Positions 7,353 through 14,496 of a stretch of 17,978 nt of DNA are shown piece by piece. Both the position numbers and the translations under genes were made by a program. Each line of letters begins with the position of its first letter. Position 1 is the stretch's first letter. The notes under the pieces are model-generated. The model saw only the letters and a list, made by a program, of their open reading frames with translations. It made no database searches and was not told where the DNA came from. The stretch spans positions 1 to 17,978 of the forward strand of contig JBGGMJ010000184.1 of the NCBI GenBank assembly GCA_041288095.1, read 5' to 3'. The stretch comes from Myxococcota bacterium (lineage in GTDB: Bacteria; Myxococcota; XYA12-FULL-58-9; JALHOP01).

Positions 7353-9119
7353 ACGAACGTCACCGGCAACACCGCAGGCCTCAAACCAAGCCAGAAAAAG
7401 GCTCTCGAACGCACCTTCCAGCGCCGCGTTCCCGCCGATCAATTGGTCAGCCCCGAGCTCGCGAAACATCTCGCCTGGATCTCGCGTGACATCGGCCGTC
7501 AGGTCGGTGTCCTCATCAACCGCCGTGGCCAGATCGAGGAATGCTTCGTCGGCGACAGCAAGCGCGTCTATCTCCCGGATATCGGCCGCCAGCGCGGCGG
7601 CACCGGTCACCTTCGTGGCCTACGCCACGTCCATACGGTGCTCGACGACGGCGTCCTGACACGCGACGACTACGCCGACTTGAACAAGCTCCGGCTCGAC
7701 GCGGTGGCTGCCTTCCGTGTCGATGACGACGGTCGTCCCGGCGTGCTGCAGTACGCATACCCGCAGCCAGGTGCACGCGATAGCGAACGCCACATCACCG
7801 AGCGCGCGCCGTCAGTGTTCGAGGTCGAGCTCGACTTCGGCGCCTTGGTCAACGCCCTCGAAGCCGAGATCGCGCGCCACGTCACATCGGGCCGTGATGC
7901 CAGTGACCGGCGTCTGCGCGCCGTGCTCGTCGGGGTCTACGAAGGCAGGAACGACGGCGTCTGGCGCATGAACGAGCTTCGCGAGCTCGCGACCACCGCC
8001 GGTGTCGTCATCGTCGACGAGATGGTGCAGCACCGTAAACAGGTCGACAACAAGTACGTCGTCGGCAAGGGCAAGCTCGAGGAAGTGACCTTGCGCTGCC
8101 TCGACGTCGGCGCCGAGCTCGTGGTGTTCGACCACGACATGACGCCGGCCCAAGCGCGCGCCGTCGCCGCGACCACCGACCTCAAGGTCATCGACCGCAC
8201 GCAGCTCATCCTCGACATTTTCGCGCAGCACGCGCAGAGCCGCGACGGTAAGCTCCAGGTCGAGCTCGCCCAGCTCAAGTACAACTTGCCGCGGCTCACC
8301 GATTTGGACGCCGGCTTGTCGCGCCTCACGGGTGGCATCGGCGGGCGCGGGCCGGGCGAAACCAAGCTCGAGATCAACCGCCGCAGAGCGCGTGATCGCA
8401 TCACTCGCTTGGAGCACGAGATCGAGAAGCTCTCGCAGCAGCGCCAGCTCCGGCGAGCTCAGCGCCAGCGCAGCGCCGTCCCCATCGTCTCGATCGTCGG
8501 CTACACCAACGCGGGCAAGTCGACGCTCCTGAATCGCCTCACGCACAGCGAGGTGCTCGTCGCCGACCAGCTCTTCGCGACCTTGGACCCAGCGAGTCGC
8601 AAGCTCCGCTTGGGCGGACGCGACGGCGCCCCCGCGAGCGAAGCGGTCATCACGGACACCGTCGGCTTCATCCGTGAGCTACCCGAAGACCTGATGAAAG
8701 CGTTCCGCGCGACGCTCGAAGAGCTCGAAGGCGCCGACTTGCTGCTGCACGTCGTCGACGTCGCCGACCCCATGCGCAACGAGAAGATGGAAGCGGTGGA
8801 GGGCCTGCTCGAGTCGCTCGAGCTCGGCGGCATCCCGCGGGTCGTCGTCTTCAACAAGTCCGATCAGGTCGAGGCTTTCGAATCGCAAGCGCTCGCGCGC
8901 AAGCACGACGGTGTCGCCGTGTCCGCCGTGACCGGTGCCGGCGCCGACAAGCTGCTCGAGCGCGTCACCGAAGAGCTAGGGCTCGTTCACGAGGTCGGTG
9001 AGCTCTTGCCCGAGCACCGATTCGGCCACGACGCCGACGTGCCGGTAGCGGAGCACGCCGCGCTTGTCGACGATGAGGGTCGTCGGCAACACCGTCACGT
9101 GCAATCGTTCTCCAGCTGA
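7353..9119 (+). CDS. hflX: Ribosome-splitting GTPase HflX, long N-terminal form (first canonical start is TTG 7443; proposed start ACG 7353)
   Basis: IDRTQLILDIFAQHA, KLQVELAQLKY, GGRGPGETKLE, G1 GYTNAGKST, G2 LFATLD, G3 DTVGFI, G4 NKSD and G5 SA. The N-terminal GNTAGLKPSQ motif lies upstream of 7443 in the same frame. Confidence 0.95.
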   Translation, partial: TNVTGNTAGLKPSQKKALERTFQRRVPADQLVSPELAKHLAWISRDIGRQVGVLINRRGQIEECFVGDSKRVYLPDIGRQRGGTGHLRGLRHVHTVLDDGVLTRDDYADLNKLRLDAVAAFRVDDDGRPGVLQYAYPQPGARDSERHITERAPSVFEVELDFGALVNALEAEIARHVTSGRDASDRRLRAVLVGVYEGRNDGVWRMNELRELATTAGVVIVDEMVQHRKQVDNKYVVGKGKLEEVTLRCLDVGAELVVFDHDMTPAQARAVAATTDLKVIDRTQLILDIFAQHAQSRDGKLQVELAQLKYNLPRLTDLDAGLSRLTGGIGGRGPGETKLEINRRRARDRITRLEHEIEKLSQQRQLRRAQRQRSAVPIVSIVGYTNAGKSTLLNRLTHSEVLVADQLFATLDPASRKLRLGGRDGAPASEAVITDTVGFIRELPEDLMKAFRATLEELEGADLLLHVVDVADPMRNEKMEAVEGLLESLELGGIPRVVVFNKSDQVEAFESQALARKHDGVAVSAVTGAGADKLLERVTEELGLVHEVGELLPEHRFGHDADVPVAEHAALVDDEGRRQHRHVQSFSS

Positions 9120-10070
9120 CCCCGTGTCCACATAGACCTTCGCCGCGAGCTCGTGCTCCGCGCGGAAGGCGCGCACTCCGGCGAGGTTCTCGGGCTCGGT
9201 GTTGAGCGAGACGAGCTGGACACCGCGGTCCTCGAAGCTTCGCGCCACGCGCTCGAGCATGGGGAGTGACGTCACGCAGGGCCCGCACCAGGTGGCCCAG
9301 AAGTCGATGATGCTCACCTTGCCGACGAAGGTCGGTGATTGGGTCGGCTTGCCGTCAGCGTCGAGCACGGCGAGCGTCGGTACCGATTCCCCGATCTCGA
9401 CCGGGCGGAAGGTGTTCCAGCGCTCGCGCACGGTGCGGGTGGCGGCCGCCGCGCTGGTTACCATGAGCGCGGCGAAGAGCAGGGTCACCACCCAGGTGCG
9501 CGAGCGTTCGCGGCTCGAGATGGGCATTGGCGGCTGGCCGCGCATCAAGGCGCGGGTCGCGAGGTAGACGAAGAGCGCAACGGGTCCAATCTCGATGGCC
9601 GCGGCGATCATCTGACGCGCGCTCCCGTCCGCTATCACGGTGCGCAGGTGCGGTGCGGGCAGGAGGTGGTCGATGTTGAAGACCGTGAGCACCGCGCCGA
9701 TAGCGACGAGCACGAGATGCGGCACCCACGCGTAGCTGACGATGCTGACGCAGGCCCACAGGTCACGTCGCGCTTTCTTGGCGCGCAGCACGTAGTAGAT
9801 CGCGAGGCCGACTAGGAACATCGCGACGCCGGGGAGCGCTACGTGGCGGACGTACGCGGTGTAGAGATGGGTGAGGCCATGGAGCGGCTCGTGCGAAAGC
9901 TCGGAGCCGATGCTCGCGGCGAGGCCGGGCGCGCCGAGCACCAGCTCGATCAGCAACCAGAGAAACATCAGCCCGTACCCGCGCGGCGCTTTGCCCTCAC
10001 CCTCGGCGAGCTCGGCGAAGGTCTGCCGCGGCGCGGCCAGCACCCAGAGCGTGCGCGGCACCCGCGCCAT
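8976..10070 (-). CDS. Membrane protein: Yip1-like multi-TM N-terminus fused to a TlpA/ResA-type thioredoxin (disulfide reductase) domain
   Basis: C-terminal IDFWATWCGPC…PTTLIVDKRG…HVG. The N-terminus has VLAAPRQTF followed by about 5 hydrophobic segments. Start taken as ATG 10070 (AGGGA SD); ATG 10106 is an alternative. Confidence 0.85.
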   Translation of the reverse strand: MARVPRTLWVLAAPRQTFAELAEGEGKAPRGYGLMFLWLLIELVLGAPGLAASIGSELSHEPLHGLTHLYTAYVRHVALPGVAMFLVGLAIYYVLRAKKARRDLWACVSIVSYAWVPHLVLVAIGAVLTVFNIDHLLPAPHLRTVIADGSARQMIAAAIEIGPVALFVYLATRALMRGQPPMPISSRERSRTWVVTLLFAALMVTSAAAATRTVRERWNTFRPVEIGESVPTLAVLDADGKPTQSPTFVGKVSIIDFWATWCGPCVTSLPMLERVARSFEDRGVQLVSLNTEPENLAGVRAFRAEHELAAKVYVDTGSAGERLHVTVLPTTLIVDKRGVLRYRHVGVVAESVLGQELTDLVNEP

Positions 10071-10256
10071 GGTCCCTGCTGCGGGAGTTACGGGAATCAC
10101 CGTCATCCGGGGCGTACGATTCCAACATCCGGGTCTCGCACTCAAGCTCCAGGCGACAATTCGGCCGATTTCACGCGAAACCCAGCCCCGGCCCGCCCGC
10201 GGCACTGCCCATTGGCGCGCTGACCTGTCATGGGTGGTGCAAGCGTTCCCGACGGC

Positions 10257-10277
10257 GAGTGACGAAAAATGTTACTC
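10257..10277. promoter_or_regulatory. Palindromic operator candidate O1 (GAGTGAC-GAAAAAT-GTTACTC)
   Basis: Near-perfect 7-7-7 inverted repeat ending about 68 bp upstream of the XRE/S24 gene. Matches a second copy at 10934-10954. Confidence 0.55.
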
Positions 10278-10344
10278 GCGAGCGTCCAGGGGAACGCAAT
10301 TCGTGACTGACTCGCTCAGGCTTCTGGGCAAGTGTGCGTTCCAC

Positions 10345-10920
10345 ATGCGCAATCGCATCGCTGAGCACCGCCTCGAGCTCGGCCTGACAAAGACCGAAGT
10401 TGCGCGCCGCATCGGCACCAGCAAGCAGCATTATGGCCGCCTGGAATCCGGAGAAACTGGGCTCGACGCGCCTTGGCTCAAGAAGCTCGCGAAGGCGTTG
10501 CGCTGCCGCCCCGTCGATCTCATACCCGAGCTTGGCGACGGGGCGCTCTCCGCGGCGTTGGTCGGCGATGTTGGCGCCGGTGAGAGAGTGCTGACCTTCG
10601 CGCAGAGCGCCATCGAGCAAGTCGAGTCGCCACCGGGATCGGGTGAAGTTCACGCCCTACGGGTGCGTGGTGACGCGATGTGGCCCGCTTATCGCGGTGG
10701 CGATCTGCTTTACTTCGTGCCGGCGGACGGTTTCGACGCCAAGAGTTGCCTGTTGCATGAGTGCATCGTCGAGGTTCTCGACGGCCCCACGTACGTGAAG
10801 CGCGTGCTCCCAGGATCTGGAGAAAGCACATACATACTCACGTCATACCGCGCGGCTGAGCTGTTCGATGTGCGTATCCGCTGGGCATCGCCGGTGCTCT
10901 GGGTGAAGCGCGCCGGGTAA
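10345..10920 (+). CDS. XRE-family HTH + S24 peptidase-like (phage CI/LexA-type) transcriptional repressor, catalytic Ser replaced by Ala
   Basis: MRNRIAEHRLELGLTKTEVARRIGTSKQHYGRLESG (HTH_3), LVGDVGAG (Ala-Gly cleavage site), LRVRGDAMWPAYRGGD and YVKR. Start at ATG 10345; the upstream part of the 9871 ORF is antisense to the TlpA gene. Confidence 0.9.
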   Translation: MRNRIAEHRLELGLTKTEVARRIGTSKQHYGRLESGETGLDAPWLKKLAKALRCRPVDLIPELGDGALSAALVGDVGAGERVLTFAQSAIEQVESPPGSGEVHALRVRGDAMWPAYRGGDLLYFVPADGFDAKSCLLHECIVEVLDGPTYVKRVLPGSGESTYILTSYRAAELFDVRIRWASPVLWVKRAG

Positions 10921-10933
10921 CTATTACAGTGTC

Positions 10934-10954
10934 GAGTAACGTATCCTGTTACAC
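10934..10954. promoter_or_regulatory. Palindromic operator candidate O2 (GAGTAAC-GTATCCT-GTTACAC)
   Basis: Same 7-7-7 palindrome as O1, lying in the 41-bp gap between the repressor stop and the receiver gene ATG (10962). The spacer contains a -10-like TATCCT. Confidence 0.55.
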
Positions 10955-10961
10955 CCGATGG

Positions 10962-11312
10962 ATGTCAGACAACGTCGTTGTACGCTTGCTGATCGTCGAC
11001 GACGACGATGCCCTGAGACACGCTCTCCGCAACGCCATCACCTCGCTCATCGGCTGGACGGTGGTGACGGCAACAGATCCCGTCGACGCTCAACAGCACT
11101 ACGCCTCGGTGGATGTCGTGATGAGCGATTGGAACATGCCGCTCGGCGGCGGCGCGCGCGTGATCGAAGAAGCGCGCTGCCCAGTGCTCATCTATAGCGC
11201 CGAGCAGGTCGAGCACATCTATCGCCTGCGCAAGCCGGCGGCGCTCCCGGCGATTCACGCGGCTCTCGTGTACACGATGAACAGCAAGAACAAGAAGCAG
11301 GCCGAAGGGTAG
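10962..11312 (+). CDS. Single-domain response regulator (receiver, CheY-like)
   Basis: RLLIVDDDD (acidic pocket), VVMSDWNMP (phospho-Asp), VLIYSA (conserved Ser/Thr) and RKP (conserved Lys-Pro). No output domain. Start taken at ATG 10962. Confidence 0.85.
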   Translation: MSDNVVVRLLIVDDDDALRHALRNAITSLIGWTVVTATDPVDAQQHYASVDVVMSDWNMPLGGGARVIEEARCPVLIYSAEQVEHIYRLRKPAALPAIHAALVYTMNSKNKKQAEG

Positions 11313-11322
11313 AGCACCAACG

Positions 11323-11362
11323 AAAAGGCCCTACTGAGATCTCGCGATCACCAGCAGGGCCT
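11323..11362 (-). terminator. Probable intrinsic terminator of the acylase gene
   Basis: Minus strand AGGCCCTGCTG-GT-GATC-GCGA-GATC-T-CAGTAGGGCCT-TTTCGTT forms a long stem with a GNRA tetraloop and short U-tract, between two convergent genes. Confidence 0.6.
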
Positions 11363-11385
11363 CGTCGATTGCGCCGCGTTGACTC

Positions 11386-14325
11386 TTACGGAGTCAGCAC
11401 GATCTTGAGCTCGGCATTCGCCGCGACCTCGTCGGGCGTGAAGTTGAGCCGCGGAGCCTGGTTCTTCTGCCAGAGTGCCGCCTCGTCGTGGTGGTGCTTG
11501 CTGTCCGGATACTGCGACTGGCCGCCGGGCAGGGCGTTGTAAGCCTTGGGGCCATCGGGGAGCATCTCGACGACGAGACGCTGCGACGGACCGCTGCCGC
11601 CGTAGGCGAAGTCGCCGATGTCGATCGAACCTTTCGCCACCGCGTCCGGATCGTCGCCCGGGCCCGTGGCCGGCTCGACCTCGTAGGCAGTCCACAAGTT
11701 GTAGTTGCCGACGTCGACCGCGCCCCAGTCCGAGTGGCGTGGAAAGCCGTTGGCGTAGCGCGGGTCATCCGCGGCCGGGATCGACTGCACGTCGAGGCTC
11801 GTGGGCGGAATCAGCGCCTTGAACTTCACGGTGTGCAGGGTGCCCCACAGCCACTGATCGCGGTCTTCGCCGAAGCGATCGACGAGCGCGTTCACGCCTT
11901 CCATGAGCGCGCGCATGACGATGACATCGCGGGTCTCGAGGTCGCCGGTGTCCATGTCGTCCCAGAGGATGGTGTTGCCGAGAGCGTCGTTGAAGGTGAC
12001 CAGACCCTTCTTGTCTTCGGCGCTCGCGGTGAGCGCGCGCTCGAGGAGCTGCGCCGCCGGCGGGCGCACGCCGAGGAGCAGAGCTTCGTCACCGAAGCCG
12101 AGCGCGATGATGCGGCTGATCCACACGTTGAAGATGGTGGTCGCGACACTGTCCGCGATCACGGCCTCATCGGTGCTGCCGACGCCGGCTGGGGTCTCGA
12201 GGGTCCAAGCCACCAGACGGTCGTGAATCTCCTGGAAAGCCTCGACGGACTCCGGATCGTCTTCCTCGGCGATTGCGGCCGCGAGGATCTCGACGAGCGG
12301 ATCACGCAAGGTCTCACCCAAGCTCGACTTCGACGCTGCCTGCAGGGCCTGCATGTCGGCTACGGTGATGTCACCACGCGCGACCAACGCGGTGAGGCGC
12401 TCGGCGATGCGGAACTGGCGGTGACCTGGGTCGTAGTCGCCACCGAGATAGACGGTGTCGTTGCAGGGGTTGCCGTCGCGGTTGACGCCGATGCTGTCCT
12501 GGTTCGCGGTGGCGATCCAACCCTTGGCTGGGTTGAGGAGCGACGGCAGCGCGGTCGGCTCGATGTCGCCGGTCCAAGTGAATGCCGCCGACGAGGGCAA
12601 GACGAACGTCGGGCACATCGTCGTCAGGGGGTTTGCTGGATCGTTGGGAATCGCGGGCGGACCGGGCCATGCGGTGGCGAGATCCGGGCGGGTTGGAATG
12701 CGCGAGTAGGTTTGCCAGGCGATGTCACCGTTCTTGGCGATCATCACGAAGTTCTGCGAGCCAGCCTTGAAGTAGGTTGCCTGCGCGCTGCGGGCCTCGG
12801 TGACCGTTTTAGCGGTCAGCAAGCGCAGGAAGAAACCGAGCTCGTTCGATTGATCGAAGCTGATGGTGCGGACCGCGACCGGCTGCGGCGTCGTGCCCTC
12901 GAACACGACCTGGCCGAAATTGCCAATGGTGTAGATCGGCACGGTGACGTCGCCGGTCGGCGATGTCGGACCGGCGCGGACGATTTCGACAGCCGACGGG
13001 CCCACGGTCACATCGCCATCGTTGGTCTCGACGGTGATCGCGCCGCCGCCGCCAATCGACGGGGTATCCTGGAAGGCGTAGAAGTCGACCACGTCGAAGT
13101 TGGTGACCGTGGCGCCCCAAGCGAGATCCTTGGTGAAGCCCAAGACGACGCTCGGCAGGCCGGCAAACGAAACGCCCGCGGCGTCGATGCCCTCAGCGGT
13201 CGTCGTGATGTGCGTGTAGTACCAAACGCCGGGGCTCGTGAGCGACAAGTGCGGATCGTTCGCGAGCATGGGGGCACCGCTTGCGGTGTGCGCGCCGGAG
13301 ACCACCCAGTTGTTCGAGCCACGGTCGACGTCGCCCAAGAGGCGAGCGAGGTGACGCGCGTGCGCACCGAAGCGGGCGGCGGCAGCGGCTGCCGCGGGAT
13401 GCATGGGCCGCAGCGTGCTCGTGGTGCCGGTAGCCGAGGTCAAAGCCGGGGCTGGGAGGCCACGGGCGGGGTGGACTCCAACCGCCGACGGACCAGCGGC
13501 GTCCGTCGTGTAAACGTTGCGGCTAGGAGCGTACGCGGCCATGTCGAGCAGCGTGCCGACGCCGCGCTGCTGCTCCGCCGGTGAGTTGCCGAACGAGCCG
13601 GCACCGATGCCCTGCAGCGCTTGGCTGCGGTCGGCGTCCGACTGGTCGAACGACAAAACGAACGTCTGATAGCGCGCGATTGCCATGACGTCCGTCGGCT
13701 CCCAGTGGCCGAAGAACGGGCTCGCGATCACCGCTTGGAACAAGCCGGTGCCACGCGGCACGAAGCGCGTGAAGCTCGCGGCCGAGCCCTTGGCCTTCTC
13801 GGCCAGGATCTCGTCGACCCACTCGTTGACGCCCGCGGTAAACGCGTCGACGCCGACCTTGACGACGTCATTGGCGTCGAGGCCGTTGTAGACCTGCGTC
13901 GCAACGCGCTTGAAGCCGAAGAACCGCGCCTGGATGTCGTCCTGGAGCGTCACTGTGCCGGCGACCGGCGAGATCGCCTCGGTCAAGGTGCCGGTGACCG
14001 CGCGACGGATGAACTCCATCTGCGGGAAGCGGTCGCGCGCCATGATGTAGCCTTGCGCGCGCAGAGCGTCCGCGAGGTTCGCCGCGTAGATGTGCGGCAT
14101 GCCGCGGCGGTCGATGACCACGTTGACGTTCGCGCTCATGCCGGCGCTCAGCGTTTCCGCGGCCGGCAGCTCGTCGATCGTCGGGGTCGGGGGCTCTTCG
14201 CTCGGCTCCTCGGGATACGGATTGAAGTTTTCGAGATATTCGCCGTCGTCGTCACCGCACGCTACAGCGGACAGACTGACCAACGCGGAGCACGCCACGA
14301 CACGCCAAAGACCAGGCCTACGCAT
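11386..14325 (-). CDS. Penicillin acylase / acyl-homoserine-lactone acylase family Ntn-hydrolase, predicted lipoprotein
   Basis: IDRRGMPHIYA…AQGYIMARDRFPQME, beta-chain start GSNNWVVSG (Ser codon 13315-13317), ANDPHL, ATANQ and LPGGQS. Lipobox LSAVA-C-GDDD. ATG 14325 is preceded by GGGAGG. Confidence 0.92.
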   Translation of the reverse strand: MRRPGLWRVVACSALVSLSAVACGDDDGEYLENFNPYPEEPSEEPPTPTIDELPAAETLSAGMSANVNVVIDRRGMPHIYAANLADALRAQGYIMARDRFPQMEFIRRAVTGTLTEAISPVAGTVTLQDDIQARFFGFKRVATQVYNGLDANDVVKVGVDAFTAGVNEWVDEILAEKAKGSAASFTRFVPRGTGLFQAVIASPFFGHWEPTDVMAIARYQTFVLSFDQSDADRSQALQGIGAGSFGNSPAEQQRGVGTLLDMAAYAPSRNVYTTDAAGPSAVGVHPARGLPAPALTSATGTTSTLRPMHPAAAAAAARFGAHARHLARLLGDVDRGSNNWVVSGAHTASGAPMLANDPHLSLTSPGVWYYTHITTTAEGIDAAGVSFAGLPSVVLGFTKDLAWGATVTNFDVVDFYAFQDTPSIGGGGAITVETNDGDVTVGPSAVEIVRAGPTSPTGDVTVPIYTIGNFGQVVFEGTTPQPVAVRTISFDQSNELGFFLRLLTAKTVTEARSAQATYFKAGSQNFVMIAKNGDIAWQTYSRIPTRPDLATAWPGPPAIPNDPANPLTTMCPTFVLPSSAAFTWTGDIEPTALPSLLNPAKGWIATANQDSIGVNRDGNPCNDTVYLGGDYDPGHRQFRIAERLTALVARGDITVADMQALQAASKSSLGETLRDPLVEILAAAIAEEDDPESVEAFQEIHDRLVAWTLETPAGVGSTDEAVIADSVATTIFNVWISRIIALGFGDEALLLGVRPPAAQLLERALTASAEDKKGLVTFNDALGNTILWDDMDTGDLETRDVIVMRALMEGVNALVDRFGEDRDQWLWGTLHTVKFKALIPPTSLDVQSIPAADDPRYANGFPRHSDWGAVDVGNYNLWTAYEVEPATGPGDDPDAVAKGSIDIGDFAYGGSGPSQRLVVEMLPDGPKAYNALPGGQSQYPDSKHHHDEAALWQKNQAPRLNFTPDEVAANAELKIVLTP

Positions 14326-14440
14326 CCCCTGCCTCCCTGAAATAGCAATCATTCGGACGTGCCTAGGGCACGACCCGCGGGCCTTCTAGTCCCGGTGGGC
14401 TGGTCATGTCACGGACCATATAGGGGCCGCGGATCTTGCT

Positions 14441-14470
14441 TTGGCAGGCTCTTGGTGTCTTTCCTACACT
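14441..14470 (+). promoter_or_regulatory. Possible sigma70 promoter of the pncB operon
   Basis: TTGGCA (14441-14446), 18 nt, TACACT (14465-14470). GGAGG SD at 14481-14485. Confidence 0.45.
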
Positions 14471-14473
14471 AAG
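14451..14473. promoter_or_regulatory. NrtR-type operator (CTTGGTGT-CTTTCCT-ACACTAAG)
   Basis: Inverted repeat with the GT-N7-AC core known for NrtR sites. It overlaps the putative -10 of an NAD salvage operon that contains an nrtR-like gene. Confidence 0.75.
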
Positions 14474-14496
14474 CGCCCAAGGAGGCTCTTTCGCGG

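Noticed and set aside
9871..10344. N-terminal extension of the 349-aa repressor ORF
   Set aside because: Antisense to the TlpA gene and running through the intergenic operator region. The HTH starts at ATG 10345.
10206..11340. Prophage or mobile element around the CI-like repressor
   Set aside because: No integrase, transposase, att-like direct repeats, tRNA or other phage genes are visible. Only the repressor is phage-like.
11488..13584. 698-aa plus-strand ORF (similarly 1425-2858, 14509-16011, 16260-17729, 6624-7610, 1342-2352)
   Set aside because: Shadow or alternative-frame ORFs of well-supported genes, expected at this GC content, with no motifs of their own.
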